DNA from: Opitutia bacterium
Lineage (GTDB): Bacteria > Verrucomicrobiota > Verrucomicrobiia > Opitutales > T3Sed10-336
Direction: 5' to 3'
NCBI GenBank assembly: GCA_050506795.1
Contig: JBJHCF010000007.1
Location: 58,837 to 122,836, forward strand
DNA: 64,000 nucleotides
Under the pieces are notes generated by a model. That model saw nothing but the letters and a program-made list of their open reading frames with translations. It ran no database searches and was not told where the DNA came from. A program made the position numbers and the translations under genes. The number at the start of each line of letters is the position of its first letter. Position 1 is the stretch's first letter. Below, one piece after another: positions 38,406 to 47,496 of the stretch.

Positions 38406-41400
38406 CTATCCGCGTTCGCCGGCCAGCTCAGGGACGCCGGTGTGTTCCGGCTCGGTTCGCTGCCGTTCGGAATTGAAGCGCATGGACACCACTTTGGACA
38501 CACCCTTCTCCTCCATAGTCACTCCGAAAATCGCCTGAGCTTCCGAGATGGTGCGTTTGTTGTGGGTGATGATCAGGAACTGCGATTCCTGAGTGAACTC
38601 TCTGAGCATTCCGGTGAAACGACCGATATTCGCCTCGTCCAGGGGAGCGTCCAACTCGTCCAGCACACAGAACGGACTGGGCTTGACCATGTAAATGGCA
38701 AAAAGAAGGGCCACCGCGGTCATGGTTTTTTGTCCGCCGGAAAGCAGCACGATCCCCTTGAGCTTGGTGCCCGGGGGCTGAGCGATAATATCGATTCCGG
38801 CCTCCAGGGGGTCCTCCGACTCCAGGAGTTCGAGGTTGGCCTTGCCGCCGCCAAAAAGACTTTGGAAGGTGTAGGTGAAGTTCTTGGTGATCTGCTCGAA
38901 TATCTCTTTAAACTGCGCCGTCGAGCGCTCGTTGATATCGTCGATCGCGCGCAGCAACTCGTCGCGGGATTCCACCAGGTCGGAGTGTTGCGTATTGAGG
39001 AATTCATGACGTTCCTTCAGTTCCACGTACTCCTCGATCGCGACCAGGTTTACCGGTCCCATGGAGTGAATGCGCGACCGCAGGGTGTCGATTTCCGCTT
39101 TCACCGCCGACCAGTCCGTATCGTCCATGGCGGCGCGGTCTTCATCGGTCATGTCGGGGCGCGGCCCCGCGGTCTTGCGTTTGCGCTTGGGCGTGTCCTC
39201 GTCGTCGTCCAGATCCAGCGGGTGCGGTCCGGCGGGCTCGTCTTCCGCCCGCCAAAGGCATTCCCGCCAATCGACTTCGGGCAATGAAAGCTCGTATTCG
39301 CGCTCGATTTCCTCCAGCAGATAATCGCGCCGCGATTTTCGCTCCGCCTGCCTGACCTGAAGTGCATTGAGCTCGCTGCGACGCTTGTCCAGTTCGGTCC
39401 GACGGTCATGCACCGCTTTTTCCGCGGCGGTAATTTCCTCCTCCACGGACGAGTACTGCCGACGAACCTTCTCGACGTTTTCCTGGGCGGACTTGAGTTC
39501 GGTCTCCGCCGCCGCGGCGTTCTCCTTCTGTTGAATGTTTTCCTTGCGAAGGGATTCAATCTGCTCACCCAGACGCTCGATTTCCTGGCGCCGGTGTTCG
39601 ATTCCGCGTTGAAGCTCCGCGGTTTTGGTTTCCATTTCGCTGAGCCCGCGATCCAGCATTTCCAGACGCTGTTTTTTCTGCGCCAGATCGAACCGGGCCT
39701 CGGAAAGCTTCTCCCGCTCCTGCTCCAATTCTGTCCGAGTAGACCGGATGCGCTCCTCGCAGGTCGCGATCGCCGCCTTGTGGTCATCGAGCGCCTTTTC
39801 GGCTTCCGCCAGTTTCCGCCGCAGCGTGTCGGATTCCTCATGGGCGGCGGCCCGGCGGGCCTGAAGCTTTTCCCGGTCCGACACCAGGCGCGCGGATCGG
39901 CTCAAGGTTTCCTCCCGCGCCTTTTCCGCGCTGCGGAGCTCGGTTTCCAGGGAAGTCCGTTTGCCGGAGGCATCTCTCACGTTCACGTGAGCGGTTTCGA
40001 CACCCTTTTCCGCCTCCTCCAGGCTCGTTTGCAACGCTTCGGCTTCCTCCTTGAGTGCCGTAAGACGCTTCTGCTCGGCGGCGATCTCCTTTTTCAGATC
40101 ACGAATTTCCGACTCCCGCTGCAGGATCGAATTTCCCTTGCCTTTGTGATACCCGCCAAACACCAGACCGCGCCGATCGATCAACTCGCCTTTGGCCGTG
40201 ACAACATGCTGGAAGTCGAAATCGGGCCGAGTTTTCCAGAATTCGAAAAAGGCAGCCGCATCCGCGGCAAAATAACTGCGAGCCAGCAGATCGCCCAGGG
40301 GATGCCCGGCATCGTCACCGTCGCCCTCGACGGTGAACAACTCGGCCGCGGGTTTAATGGTCGGAGGCAGATCGGACGACCGATCGGAACGCCCGTTTCC
40401 CTCCGGGAAAAAAGAAAGGCAAGCCTTGCCCATCTTGCGTTCGTCGAGAACATGCAGCACCCGGAGAGCCACCTCCGGGTCCTTGACCGCCACGGAATCG
40501 ATAGCCGATCCGAGGAGGGTCTCCAGGGCCGGAGCACAGTCCGGTTTAGCCTGGATATTGCGTGTGAGCGGGAAATATTCCGTACCCTCGGGCAGGACTT
40601 CATCCAGTTTCCCCTGCAGGAGCGCTTTGGCGCCCTCGCTAAACCCTTCCAGCTTTTCCTGCAACTGCTGCAGAACCCGCAAACGGGCGTTATTCTGCGC
40701 CACCGCCCGGTCGGACACCTGGATTTCCGCCTGTTTGGCGCGATAAGCATCACGGCCGCCGACCACCCTGGCGCGAGCCTCCTCCAGGGCCTGTTGAGCG
40801 GCCGCCTGGTCTTCCTCGGCCGCTTTCATGGCATCCGCAAACCGGGCGAGACTTTCGTCGGCGGCGACCTTTTCCTTCTCCAGCGACGCGATCTCCTCAT
40901 CCAACCCGGCGGCGCGAACCTCATCCGATTTGAGACTGAGATCGAACTCCGTATTCCTGGAACGCAGGCGGACCGCCTCGTTCTCCGCCTTCAGCAGATT
41001 CTGTTTCTCGGCGCCCAGGGCCTTTTCCTCCTCGGCGAGGCGCGCCTGCAACGCCCGCACCTCCTGATCGCGGGTTTGAAAGAAGCGATCGGAGTTCGCC
41101 ACCACCTCGTGCTGCTCCTTTTTGGTTTGGGCACTGCCGACCACCTCCTCGCTGGTTGCGGAGAGCTCCTTCTCCATCCGCTCGATTTCTTTGGTGGCGT
41201 CGGCCAGACGGCCGGAATAATCCTCGCCCCGCGCTTCGGCGAGGCGGGCGGCGTTTTCCGCCTGTTCCTTGCGGGAACGCAGGTCGAAAACCGCCTGCTG
41301 CGCTTCCTGCAATCGCGAGTTAAGGGCGCTCCGCTCCGCTTTTCTTTCCTCAATGGCCGATTCACGGCTCTCCAGATCGGCGGTTTCGCGCGCGACATCG

Positions 41401-42158
41401 GTCTGCAAAGCGGTCAGCTTTTCCTCAAGGCCGCCGAGTTCCTCCTCAAGAATACTGTACTGGTGGCCGTTATAGGCCAGATCCAGCTTTTCCAGGCGGT
41501 GCCGAATCTTCTTGTAGCGAAGGGCCTTGCTGGCCTGACGGCGCAAAGTGTTGATCTGGCGACGAACCTCGTCGAGCACATCGGTCAACCTCGCCAGGTT
41601 GCCTTCCACCAGTTTCAGCTTGTTCAGCGCCTCGCGCCGCTGGCTTTTGTATTTGGTGATTCCGGCGGCCTCCTCGAAGATCGCCCGCCGTTCCACCGGG
41701 TTGGAGGAAAGAATCTGGTCGATCTGGCCCTGGGCCATAATGGAATAGGACGAGCGACCAATTCCGGTATCCATAAAAATGCGCTGGATATCCTTGAGGC
41801 GGCAGGCCTTGCCGTTGAGGAAATAATCGCTCTGTCCGTCGCGGGAAACCCGGCGGGTGATTTCCACCTCGTGAAATCCGTCGCCCAGGAGCGGTTCACA
41901 TTCGGTGAAAACCAATGAGACTTCGCAGAGTTGAACCGGTTTGCGCTGATCGGTACCCTCGAAAATAACATCCTGCATCTTGCCGCCGCGCAACGCCTTG
42001 GCGCTTTGCTCTCCGAGAACCCAGCGAATCGCATCCGCGATATTGCTCTTGCCGCAGCCGTTGGGGCCGACGATGGCGGTAACTCCGGTGTCGAAGGTCA
42101 GCTTGGTCGGATCGGCGAAGCTTTTGAAGCCGTTTACTCTGAGTTCGCGAAGGTACAT
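38406..42158 (-). CDS. smc: Chromosome segregation protein SMC
   Basis: GFKSF, GPNGCGKSN, QGQID, EEAAGI, hinge GG, LSGGQK, LDELDAPLD, ITHN. Confidence 0.97.
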   Translation of the reverse strand: MYLRELRVNGFKSFADPTKLTFDTGVTAIVGPNGCGKSNIADAIRWVLGEQSAKALRGGKMQDVIFEGTDQRKPVQLCEVSLVFTECEPLLGDGFHEVEITRRVSRDGQSDYFLNGKACRLKDIQRIFMDTGIGRSSYSIMAQGQIDQILSSNPVERRAIFEEAAGITKYKSQRREALNKLKLVEGNLARLTDVLDEVRRQINTLRRQASKALRYKKIRHRLEKLDLAYNGHQYSILEEELGGLEEKLTALQTDVARETADLESRESAIEERKAERSALNSRLQEAQQAVFDLRSRKEQAENAARLAEARGEDYSGRLADATKEIERMEKELSATSEEVVGSAQTKKEQHEVVANSDRFFQTRDQEVRALQARLAEEEKALGAEKQNLLKAENEAVRLRSRNTEFDLSLKSDEVRAAGLDEEIASLEKEKVAADESLARFADAMKAAEEDQAAAQQALEEARARVVGGRDAYRAKQAEIQVSDRAVAQNNARLRVLQQLQEKLEGFSEGAKALLQGKLDEVLPEGTEYFPLTRNIQAKPDCAPALETLLGSAIDSVAVKDPEVALRVLHVLDERKMGKACLSFFPEGNGRSDRSSDLPPTIKPAAELFTVEGDGDDAGHPLGDLLARSYFAADAAAFFEFWKTRPDFDFQHVVTAKGELIDRRGLVFGGYHKGKGNSILQRESEIRDLKKEIAAEQKRLTALKEEAEALQTSLEEAEKGVETAHVNVRDASGKRTSLETELRSAEKAREETLSRSARLVSDREKLQARRAAAHEESDTLRRKLAEAEKALDDHKAAIATCEERIRSTRTELEQEREKLSEARFDLAQKKQRLEMLDRGLSEMETKTAELQRGIEHRRQEIERLGEQIESLRKENIQQKENAAAAETELKSAQENVEKVRRQYSSVEEEITAAEKAVHDRRTELDKRRSELNALQVRQAERKSRRDYLLEEIEREYELSLPEVDWRECLWRAEDEPAGPHPLDLDDDEDTPKRKRKTAGPRPDMTDEDRAAMDDTDWSAVKAEIDTLRSRIHSMGPVNLVAIEEYVELKERHEFLNTQHSDLVESRDELLRAIDDINERSTAQFKEIFEQITKNFTYTFQSLFGGGKANLELLESEDPLEAGIDIIAQPPGTKLKGIVLLSGGQKTMTAVALLFAIYMVKPSPFCVLDELDAPLDEANIGRFTGMLREFTQESQFLIITHNKRTISEAQAIFGVTMEEKGVSKVVSMRFNSERQRTEPEHTGVPELAGERG

Positions 42159-42181
42159 GCAGGAGGGGAAAGTCGAATGGT

Positions 42182-43195
42182 TTAAAAAAAGAAGGCTTCC
42201 GCCAGTTCCCGATCGAGGGACAGCAGTCGCACCGAAAACGGCAGCACGGATTCGCCACGGTCGAGCCGGGCGCGAATTTCACCCTTGTTGGCCTCAAAAT
42301 CGGCCTGCCAGCAAAAGAAGCGTCCGTCACTGTAGTCGCAAAGCAACACAAAAGGAAACTCGTCCTCGTCGGCCGGTGTGAGCTGGGCGGCGGGGATCTG
42401 GTCAATGCCTCCCGGGCCCGCACAGGCTTTCAGACGTTCCCTGAACCACGCGGCCAGGACGCGCGCTTCGGCCTTCCATCGGGGGGCGTGTCGCAGTTCG
42501 AGGTGCCGCAAATCGCTCCCTAATCGAACGGGATCGAAGCTGCTGAGAAACTGTCCGATGGACTGCCTGACGGGCAACAACCGGGCGTCCACAAGATCGC
42601 GTACCCGGCCCGGGTGAGGCCACTCGATGGAGGCGACTTCCGGAGTTTCCAGGCCGGAATCGTAGACAATACGCTTACAGACCTTGTGGAAGGACAAATA
42701 CTGACCGGCGTTGCGGCCGGAGGCGAAACGATGAAACCAGTAATAGGTCGGCAAATCGTTTTCCAGGAGGATGGAGACCTGATTCTCCAGGAAATCGTTT
42801 CCACCCCCCGGATAGGAAAGAATCAACGCTTCGCAACAGGAGCGGTCGCGTCGCGTTTTGCCGACATAACATTCGGCGAACACCTTGAGGGTCATCAGGG
42901 TTTCGCTGCGCCGTTGGTATTCCGGGCACAAAACGATGATGCGGCAGGGATAACGCCGAGCGAAGCGCAGCGCGCCGGAAAAGGCGTTAAGCGCATCGTC
43001 CGCCGTGGTTTCGCGCCCCAGGTGTATGATGAGATTCATCTGGGAGGCGCGGAATTCGGCCGGTTCCTGGCCCGGACCGGACGGGGCCTCCCACATCCCC
43101 GCCAGAGCGGATTGCACGTCGGCCACCGGAATCTCCAGCCCGGGAAGAGCGGAAAAAATATTCTCAGGGATCGAGCTCATCGTTTGCGCAGCCAT
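42182..43195 (-). CDS. opcA: Glucose-6-phosphate dehydrogenase assembly protein OpcA
   Basis: RASQMNL, YPCRIIVL, CCEALIL, DLPTYYW, VYDS; directly downstream of zwf; start 43195 or 43180. Confidence 0.78.
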   Translation of the reverse strand: MAAQTMSSIPENIFSALPGLEIPVADVQSALAGMWEAPSGPGQEPAEFRASQMNLIIHLGRETTADDALNAFSGALRFARRYPCRIIVLCPEYQRRSETLMTLKVFAECYVGKTRRDRSCCEALILSYPGGGNDFLENQVSILLENDLPTYYWFHRFASGRNAGQYLSFHKVCKRIVYDSGLETPEVASIEWPHPGRVRDLVDARLLPVRQSIGQFLSSFDPVRLGSDLRHLELRHAPRWKAEARVLAAWFRERLKACAGPGGIDQIPAAQLTPADEDEFPFVLLCDYSDGRFFCWQADFEANKGEIRARLDRGESVLPFSVRLLSLDRELAEAFFF

Positions 43196-43214
43196 GAAAG
43201 AGAAAGGTTTTGCT

Positions 43215-44768
43215 TCAGGGACCGGCGCGCCGCCATTCGTGACGGTTGTCCCAGAGGAGACGCTCGGCCGCCAGAGGCCCCCAGGAACCGGCGACATAGC
43301 CTTCCATGCCGCGCCGCCCGAGGCTACGCCAAGATTCGAGAATTGGAGTAATCAGGCGCCAGGAAGCTTCGGTTTCGTCGCCCCGGATAAAGAGAGTGCT
43401 GTCCCCGACCATGGCGTCAAGAATCAGCCGCTCGTAGGCTTCCGGTGTGTTCGACCCGTAAGTGGTCCGGTACCGGAAGTGCATTTTGACCGGCTGGGTA
43501 CGGGTTTCCAGGCCGGGAATCTTGGAATTCAACAGAAGGGTCGTCCCTTCGTCGGGCTGGATCTGGATCACCATGGTGTTGGAAGCCAGGTCGAAACGTT
43601 CGGCATCGCTGAACAGGATGCCGGGAGGCCGTTTAAACTGAACCGCGATCTCGCTGACCCGCCGGGCCATCCGTTTACCGGAACGCATGTAGAAGGGCAC
43701 CCCGGCCCAGCGCCAGTTGTTAATGTTGAGCCGCAGAGCGGTGTAGGTTTCGGTGGAGGAATCGTCGGCCACGCCTTCCTCGTCGACATAGCCCGGAACC
43801 TTGCGCCCTGCGACCAGCCCCTCGGTGTACTGCGCGCGGACCACGTCGGGTTTGGTTTCGTCCACGCTGACGGGCTGAATGGCTTTCAGGAGCTTGACCT
43901 TCTCGTCGCGAATCGCCTCGGGATCGAGGGACACGGGGGGTTCCATGGCGATCAGACTGAGGAGCTGCATGGTGTGGTTCTGGACCATGTCCCGCATGGC
44001 CCCGCTCTGTTCGTAATACCCGCCGCGCGAACCGACTCCGAGATCCTCCGCCACCGTGATCTGTACGCATTCGACGTAGCGGCGGTTCCAGAGCGGTTCG
44101 AAAATCGTGTTGGCGAAACGCTGCACCAGCAGATCCTGAACCGTTTCCTTACCCAGGTAATGGTCGATCCGATAAACCTGACGCTCTTCGAACTGCTGGG
44201 TGATGACCCGGTTCAGGTCACGGGCGGAATCCAGATCGCTGCCAAACGGCTTTTCGATCACCACCTTGGAGGCGAACGGTGTGTGCTGGTGCCTTCGGGC
44301 CAGACCGCTGGCGCCAAGATTTTCGAGAATCGGCTTAAAAACGGACGGCGGAGTGGAAATGTAGAACAACGCCTGCACCTCTCTCCCAAGATCCTTTTCA
44401 ATCACTTCGATCCGTTCACGCAGGCGGTCGAACGCCGGCCGCTCGTCGTACCCCCCTTGATGGTACACCGTGTTGCGGCCCACCCGTTCCCAGATGTCGG
44501 AATTGAAGTCGCGCCGGGAAAAGGTGCCGACCGACTCCGCCACCGTGCGCCGAAAAGCCTCGTCGGCCATTTCCTTGCGACCATAGCCGATCAGGTGAAA
44601 CTCGGGCGGAAGGAGATTGTCGAGACTCAGATTGTAGATCGCCGGCGCCAATTTGCGGGCGGTCAGGTCGCCGGAAGCACCGAAAATGACCACCACCGTC
44701 GGAGGCGCGCCCCGGTGTTTGCTCAAACCCTGGAGGAAGGGATGTCTTTGCTTCTCGTCGGTCAGCAT
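43215..44768 (-). CDS. zwf: Glucose-6-phosphate 1-dehydrogenase
   Basis: IFGASGDL, EKPFG, RIDHYLGKETV, DMVQNH, RWAGVPF, YERL, GSWGP. Confidence 0.97.
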   Translation of the reverse strand: MLTDEKQRHPFLQGLSKHRGAPPTVVVIFGASGDLTARKLAPAIYNLSLDNLLPPEFHLIGYGRKEMADEAFRRTVAESVGTFSRRDFNSDIWERVGRNTVYHQGGYDERPAFDRLRERIEVIEKDLGREVQALFYISTPPSVFKPILENLGASGLARRHQHTPFASKVVIEKPFGSDLDSARDLNRVITQQFEERQVYRIDHYLGKETVQDLLVQRFANTIFEPLWNRRYVECVQITVAEDLGVGSRGGYYEQSGAMRDMVQNHTMQLLSLIAMEPPVSLDPEAIRDEKVKLLKAIQPVSVDETKPDVVRAQYTEGLVAGRKVPGYVDEEGVADDSSTETYTALRLNINNWRWAGVPFYMRSGKRMARRVSEIAVQFKRPPGILFSDAERFDLASNTMVIQIQPDEGTTLLLNSKIPGLETRTQPVKMHFRYRTTYGSNTPEAYERLILDAMVGDSTLFIRGDETEASWRLITPILESWRSLGRRGMEGYVAGSWGPLAAERLLWDNRHEWRRAGP

Positions 44769-44851
44769 AAAGGCCCCAACTGACAATCAAAAATCCCGGA
44801 ACACAAGCCTTAATCCGGGGACGCCCCCCGCCATGCGGGAGTCTCCAAAGC

Positions 44852-45313
44852 CTAACGCGCCCGGAAGCTTTTGGCAAACAGCGGGATGTTCTCGAAGTGG
44901 AGAATTCGCCGATCCGGAGGAGCTTGCAGATTGACCTCGACGACATCGAAACGGAAGGCGTTCGGTTTGTCGCGCAACCGGCGCAGGTAGGTCCGAATCG
45001 CCCGGCGCAGTGCGTCCTTCTTGCGCCGGTCCACAGCCGCGTAATAACCGGGCACCAACCCCTCCGAACGGCGCGTCTTGACCTCGACAAACACGAGCAC
45101 CCCGTCGTGGCTGGCCACCAGATCGATTTCCTCCCGCCCGTCACGCCAATTGCGTGCCAGCACCCGGAACCCGCCGACCCGCACCAGATATTCCTCGGCC
45201 AGGCGCTCGCCTTCACAACCGGTAAGTCGGGCATCGAAATCACGGTCATCCCGCGGCCGGGGTCTGCCAAAGGGTAGTTTCACCAACCCAGCCAAAACCA
45301 CCCCCCCAACCAC
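44852..45313 (-). CDS. yraN: YraN/UPF0102 family protein
   Basis: GE.LA..YL, RNWR...EIDLV, LVFVEVKTR, RFDVV; start uncertain. Confidence 0.88.
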   Translation of the reverse strand: MVGGVVLAGLVKLPFGRPRPRDDRDFDARLTGCEGERLAEEYLVRVGGFRVLARNWRDGREEIDLVASHDGVLVFVEVKTRRSEGLVPGYYAAVDRRKKDALRRAIRTYLRRLRDKPNAFRFDVVEVNLQAPPDRRILHFENIPLFAKSFRAR

Positions 45314-45340
45314 GGCAAGGGGAATTTTGGTCCGCCTCAG

Positions 45341-45409
45341 GGCATTTTCATTTGGCCTCTGAAGGCCGCATGAAAAAGCATTTCAGATCAAAAATTTGAA
45401 ATTTGAGAT
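45341..45409 (+). repeat. Dispersed hairpin+heptamer repeat, copy 2
   Basis: GGCATTTTCAT-TTGGCCTCTGAAGGCCGC-ATGAAAAAGC-ATTTCAG ATCAAAA ATTTGAA ATTTGAG. Confidence 0.85.
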
Positions 45410-45481
45410 TCTTCGCCAGGGAATCCGGATCAAAGCCCGCAAATAAAATGGCCGCGGTGTCCGCCTTCGCTCTTCGCAAGA

Positions 45482-45745
45482 TCAGAAATGCCTGCGAGCG
45501 AATTCTCGTCCGGAACCGGACTTCATGTAACGCTCGAATTCACGTGCTTTTCGGTAACATCGAAATCGGACCACCGTTTCGAACTCCCATGGCCGGTATT
45601 TCGCCGTATGCGACACCGCGCCGTGGTTGTGACGTCGAAGGCGCTCATTCAGATTTACCGTATAACCCGTATAACGTCGTTCTCTGTCGCTCAAACTGAT
45701 CAAAATGTAGACGTAATAACAGGGGCTCGTCGCGGGGTCAGCCAT
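45482..45745 (-). CDS. Small GIY-YIG nuclease family protein
   Basis: YVYIL...YTGYT.NL..RL..HN.G...T..YRPW......A...E.Y.KSG.GR. Confidence 0.88.
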   Translation of the reverse strand: MADPATSPCYYVYILISLSDRERRYTGYTVNLNERLRRHNHGAVSHTAKYRPWEFETVVRFRCYRKAREFERYMKSGSGREFARRHF

Positions 45746-45908
45746 TGGTCGAGGAGTTCTTGTTTTTCTGCTTGGAGAGGGGTGATTTTCGGCTGGCTGG
45801 CCAAGCCGTAGCCTCGCAGCTTTCGGCAGCAGGGGTCCGCCTGCGCTCCGCTGACGCGGAGTCTCCGGCGTGACAGCCTTCGCTCTTCGCGTTGCTGCGA
45901 GCGAAGGC

Positions 45909-45984
45909 TGGTGGAGCCGATCGGGATCGAACCGACGACCTCGTCATTGCGAACGACGCGCTCTTCCAACTGAGCTACGGCCCC
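45909..45984 (-). tRNA. tRNA-Ala (CGC), CCA encoded
   Basis: GGGGCCG..CGGCTCC-A-CCA with G3:U70, TAGCTCAGTTGGAAGAGC D-arm, anticodon CGC, GGTTCGATCC T-loop. Confidence 0.95.
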
Positions 45985-46183
45985 AATTGCCTAAACCCGC
46001 AGATTGAGAGAAATCGGGAAGCGAGTAAATCACGAATTTCGCCACTCCGCCCCGAAACCGCCACCAGCGCCGATTTTTCCATCGGAAACCGCTTAATGGT
46101 CTTGTGTTTGGCGGGAGTTTCCGCTTTTCTCCTGCTTGGAGACGTACTCCCATCACTGATTCCAGCAAATCGACTCAACTCGT

Positions 46184-46735
46184 ATGGCAAAGAAGAGCAC
46201 TCGAAGCACCACAAAATCGACCACCGAGAGCAGCAGCAAAGACGCGGCGGCCAAAAAAACCGCTCCGGTGAAAAAGAAGGTTGCAACCGCCAAGAAGGCC
46301 ACCCGGAAGACAGTTCCGGCCAAGGCTCCTGTTACGGCGCCGACTCCGGCCGCCAAGACCGTTCGTTCCCAGCCCAAACAGGCAACCGCTTCGACACCGG
46401 CGGCCCAAGTCGCTCCCGCTCAACCCAAACAGGCGACTCCATCGGCTTCGCCGTCCCTGGCCGCTCCCGCCGAACCGAAAGCGGCGACCACCCTCAGTGC
46501 CAAGGTGGACATCGGCTTCGGCAACATGCTCTACATTCGCGGCGAGGGTCCCGGTCTCAACTGGAACCGGGGTGTGCCGATGGACTGTGTGGCGGCTGAC
46601 GAGTGGGTTTGGAGCACCAAATCCGCCAGATCCTCCTTTTCCTGCAAGGTCCTGATCAACGACGAAATCTGGTCCACCGGCGACGACTTTGTGGTTCCTC
46701 CCGGCGAGCGACTGGTGTGTTACCCGTCGTTCTGA
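46184..46735 (+). CDS. Histone H1-like Lys/Ala/Thr-rich N-terminus fused to a small beta-domain
   Basis: AKKT/KKAT/PAKA low-complexity region, then KVDIGFGNMLYIRGEGPGLNW..G.PM....W.W.....KVLIND..W..G. Confidence 0.75.
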   Translation: MAKKSTRSTTKSTTESSSKDAAAKKTAPVKKKVATAKKATRKTVPAKAPVTAPTPAAKTVRSQPKQATASTPAAQVAPAQPKQATPSASPSLAAPAEPKAATTLSAKVDIGFGNMLYIRGEGPGLNWNRGVPMDCVAADEWVWSTKSARSSFSCKVLINDEIWSTGDDFVVPPGERLVCYPSF

Positions 46736-46939
46736 TTTTGAGCGAAAGCGCCGGGCATTACCGCAATCGACCCCCGGCGGTGCGGCAATTCAGCGTCCCT
46801 CGGGCAGTCGTGTCCGGCCATGATTCCGTGCGGGTATATCCCGGGATGCCCCCGTCGTTCAAACGCGCCGTTCCGGACTCTCGGTATTCGGCTATTCTTC
46901 GCCCATTTTTGCTTTACCTGGGATTTTGATTTCCGCCTA

Positions 46940-47485
46940 ATGGCCAGCATGCCGCCAGCCACGACCATCGGATCCCGCGAGATCAGTGAAGCAATCGAAA
47001 AAATGGCTGACGCCATCGCCCAGGCGCACCGGGAAACTGAGAAATTGGGTATCCTCGGACTGGCCGACGGCGGCATCGCTCTCAGTCGCAGGCTGGCCGA
47101 TCGCTTGGCCAAAAAACTCGGCCGGGACGTGCCTTGCGGGGTCATCGACATTTCCTTTCACCGCGACGATATTTCGACCAACCCTATCCCCAAAGCGTCC
47201 AATCCCACCTCGATTCCCTTCGATATCGAAGAAGCGACCGTGATTCTCGCCGACGACGTGTTGTCCACCGGACGCAGCCTGCGCGCTGCCATCAACGAAA
47301 TCTTCGACCAGGGACGACCGGCTCGCCTGCAGTCGGCGGCGCTTTTTGACCGGGGCGGGCGTCTGCTGCCGCTGCGGGCGGACTTTGCCGGTTTCGTGAA
47401 AGAGGTACCCGCATCGAGAAAAGTTGATGTGCGCCTTTCGGCAGACGAACCCTCCGCGGATGAAATCCGGATCGCGGAGCTTTGA
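46940..47485 (+). CDS. pyrR: PyrR pyrimidine regulator / uracil phosphoribosyltransferase
   Basis: DISFHRDD, ILADDVLSTGRSLRAA, GRP, DRG.R.LP.RADF.G; first gene before pyrB. Confidence 0.88.
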   Translation: MASMPPATTIGSREISEAIEKMADAIAQAHRETEKLGILGLADGGIALSRRLADRLAKKLGRDVPCGVIDISFHRDDISTNPIPKASNPTSIPFDIEEATVILADDVLSTGRSLRAAINEIFDQGRPARLQSAALFDRGGRLLPLRADFAGFVKEVPASRKVDVRLSADEPSADEIRIAEL

Positions 47486-47496
47486 CACCACAGAGC

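Noticed and set aside
39408-41918. 836-aa ORF antisense to smc (similar long antisense ORFs at 15130-16512, 24220-25686, 28952-30721, 33303-34625, 43005-44783, 48359-49759, 58376-59635)
   Set aside because: They lie opposite well-supported genes, carry no recognisable motifs, and are expected from GC-rich codon bias
33005-45984. Integrative element between tRNA-Gly and tRNA-Ala
   Set aside because: The interval holds core genes (smc, zwf, opcA), no integrase, and no duplicated tRNA 3' end was seen
45700-46599. ORFs overlapping tRNA-Ala (45700-45969, 45892-46599) and tRNA-Gly (32959-33255)
   Set aside because: They overlap clear tRNA genes or palindromes and have no protein motifs
46736-46939. 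Possible PyrR attenuator leader upstream of pyrR
   Set aside because: No AGUCCAGAGAGGCU-like binding loop or clear terminator/antiterminator pair seen
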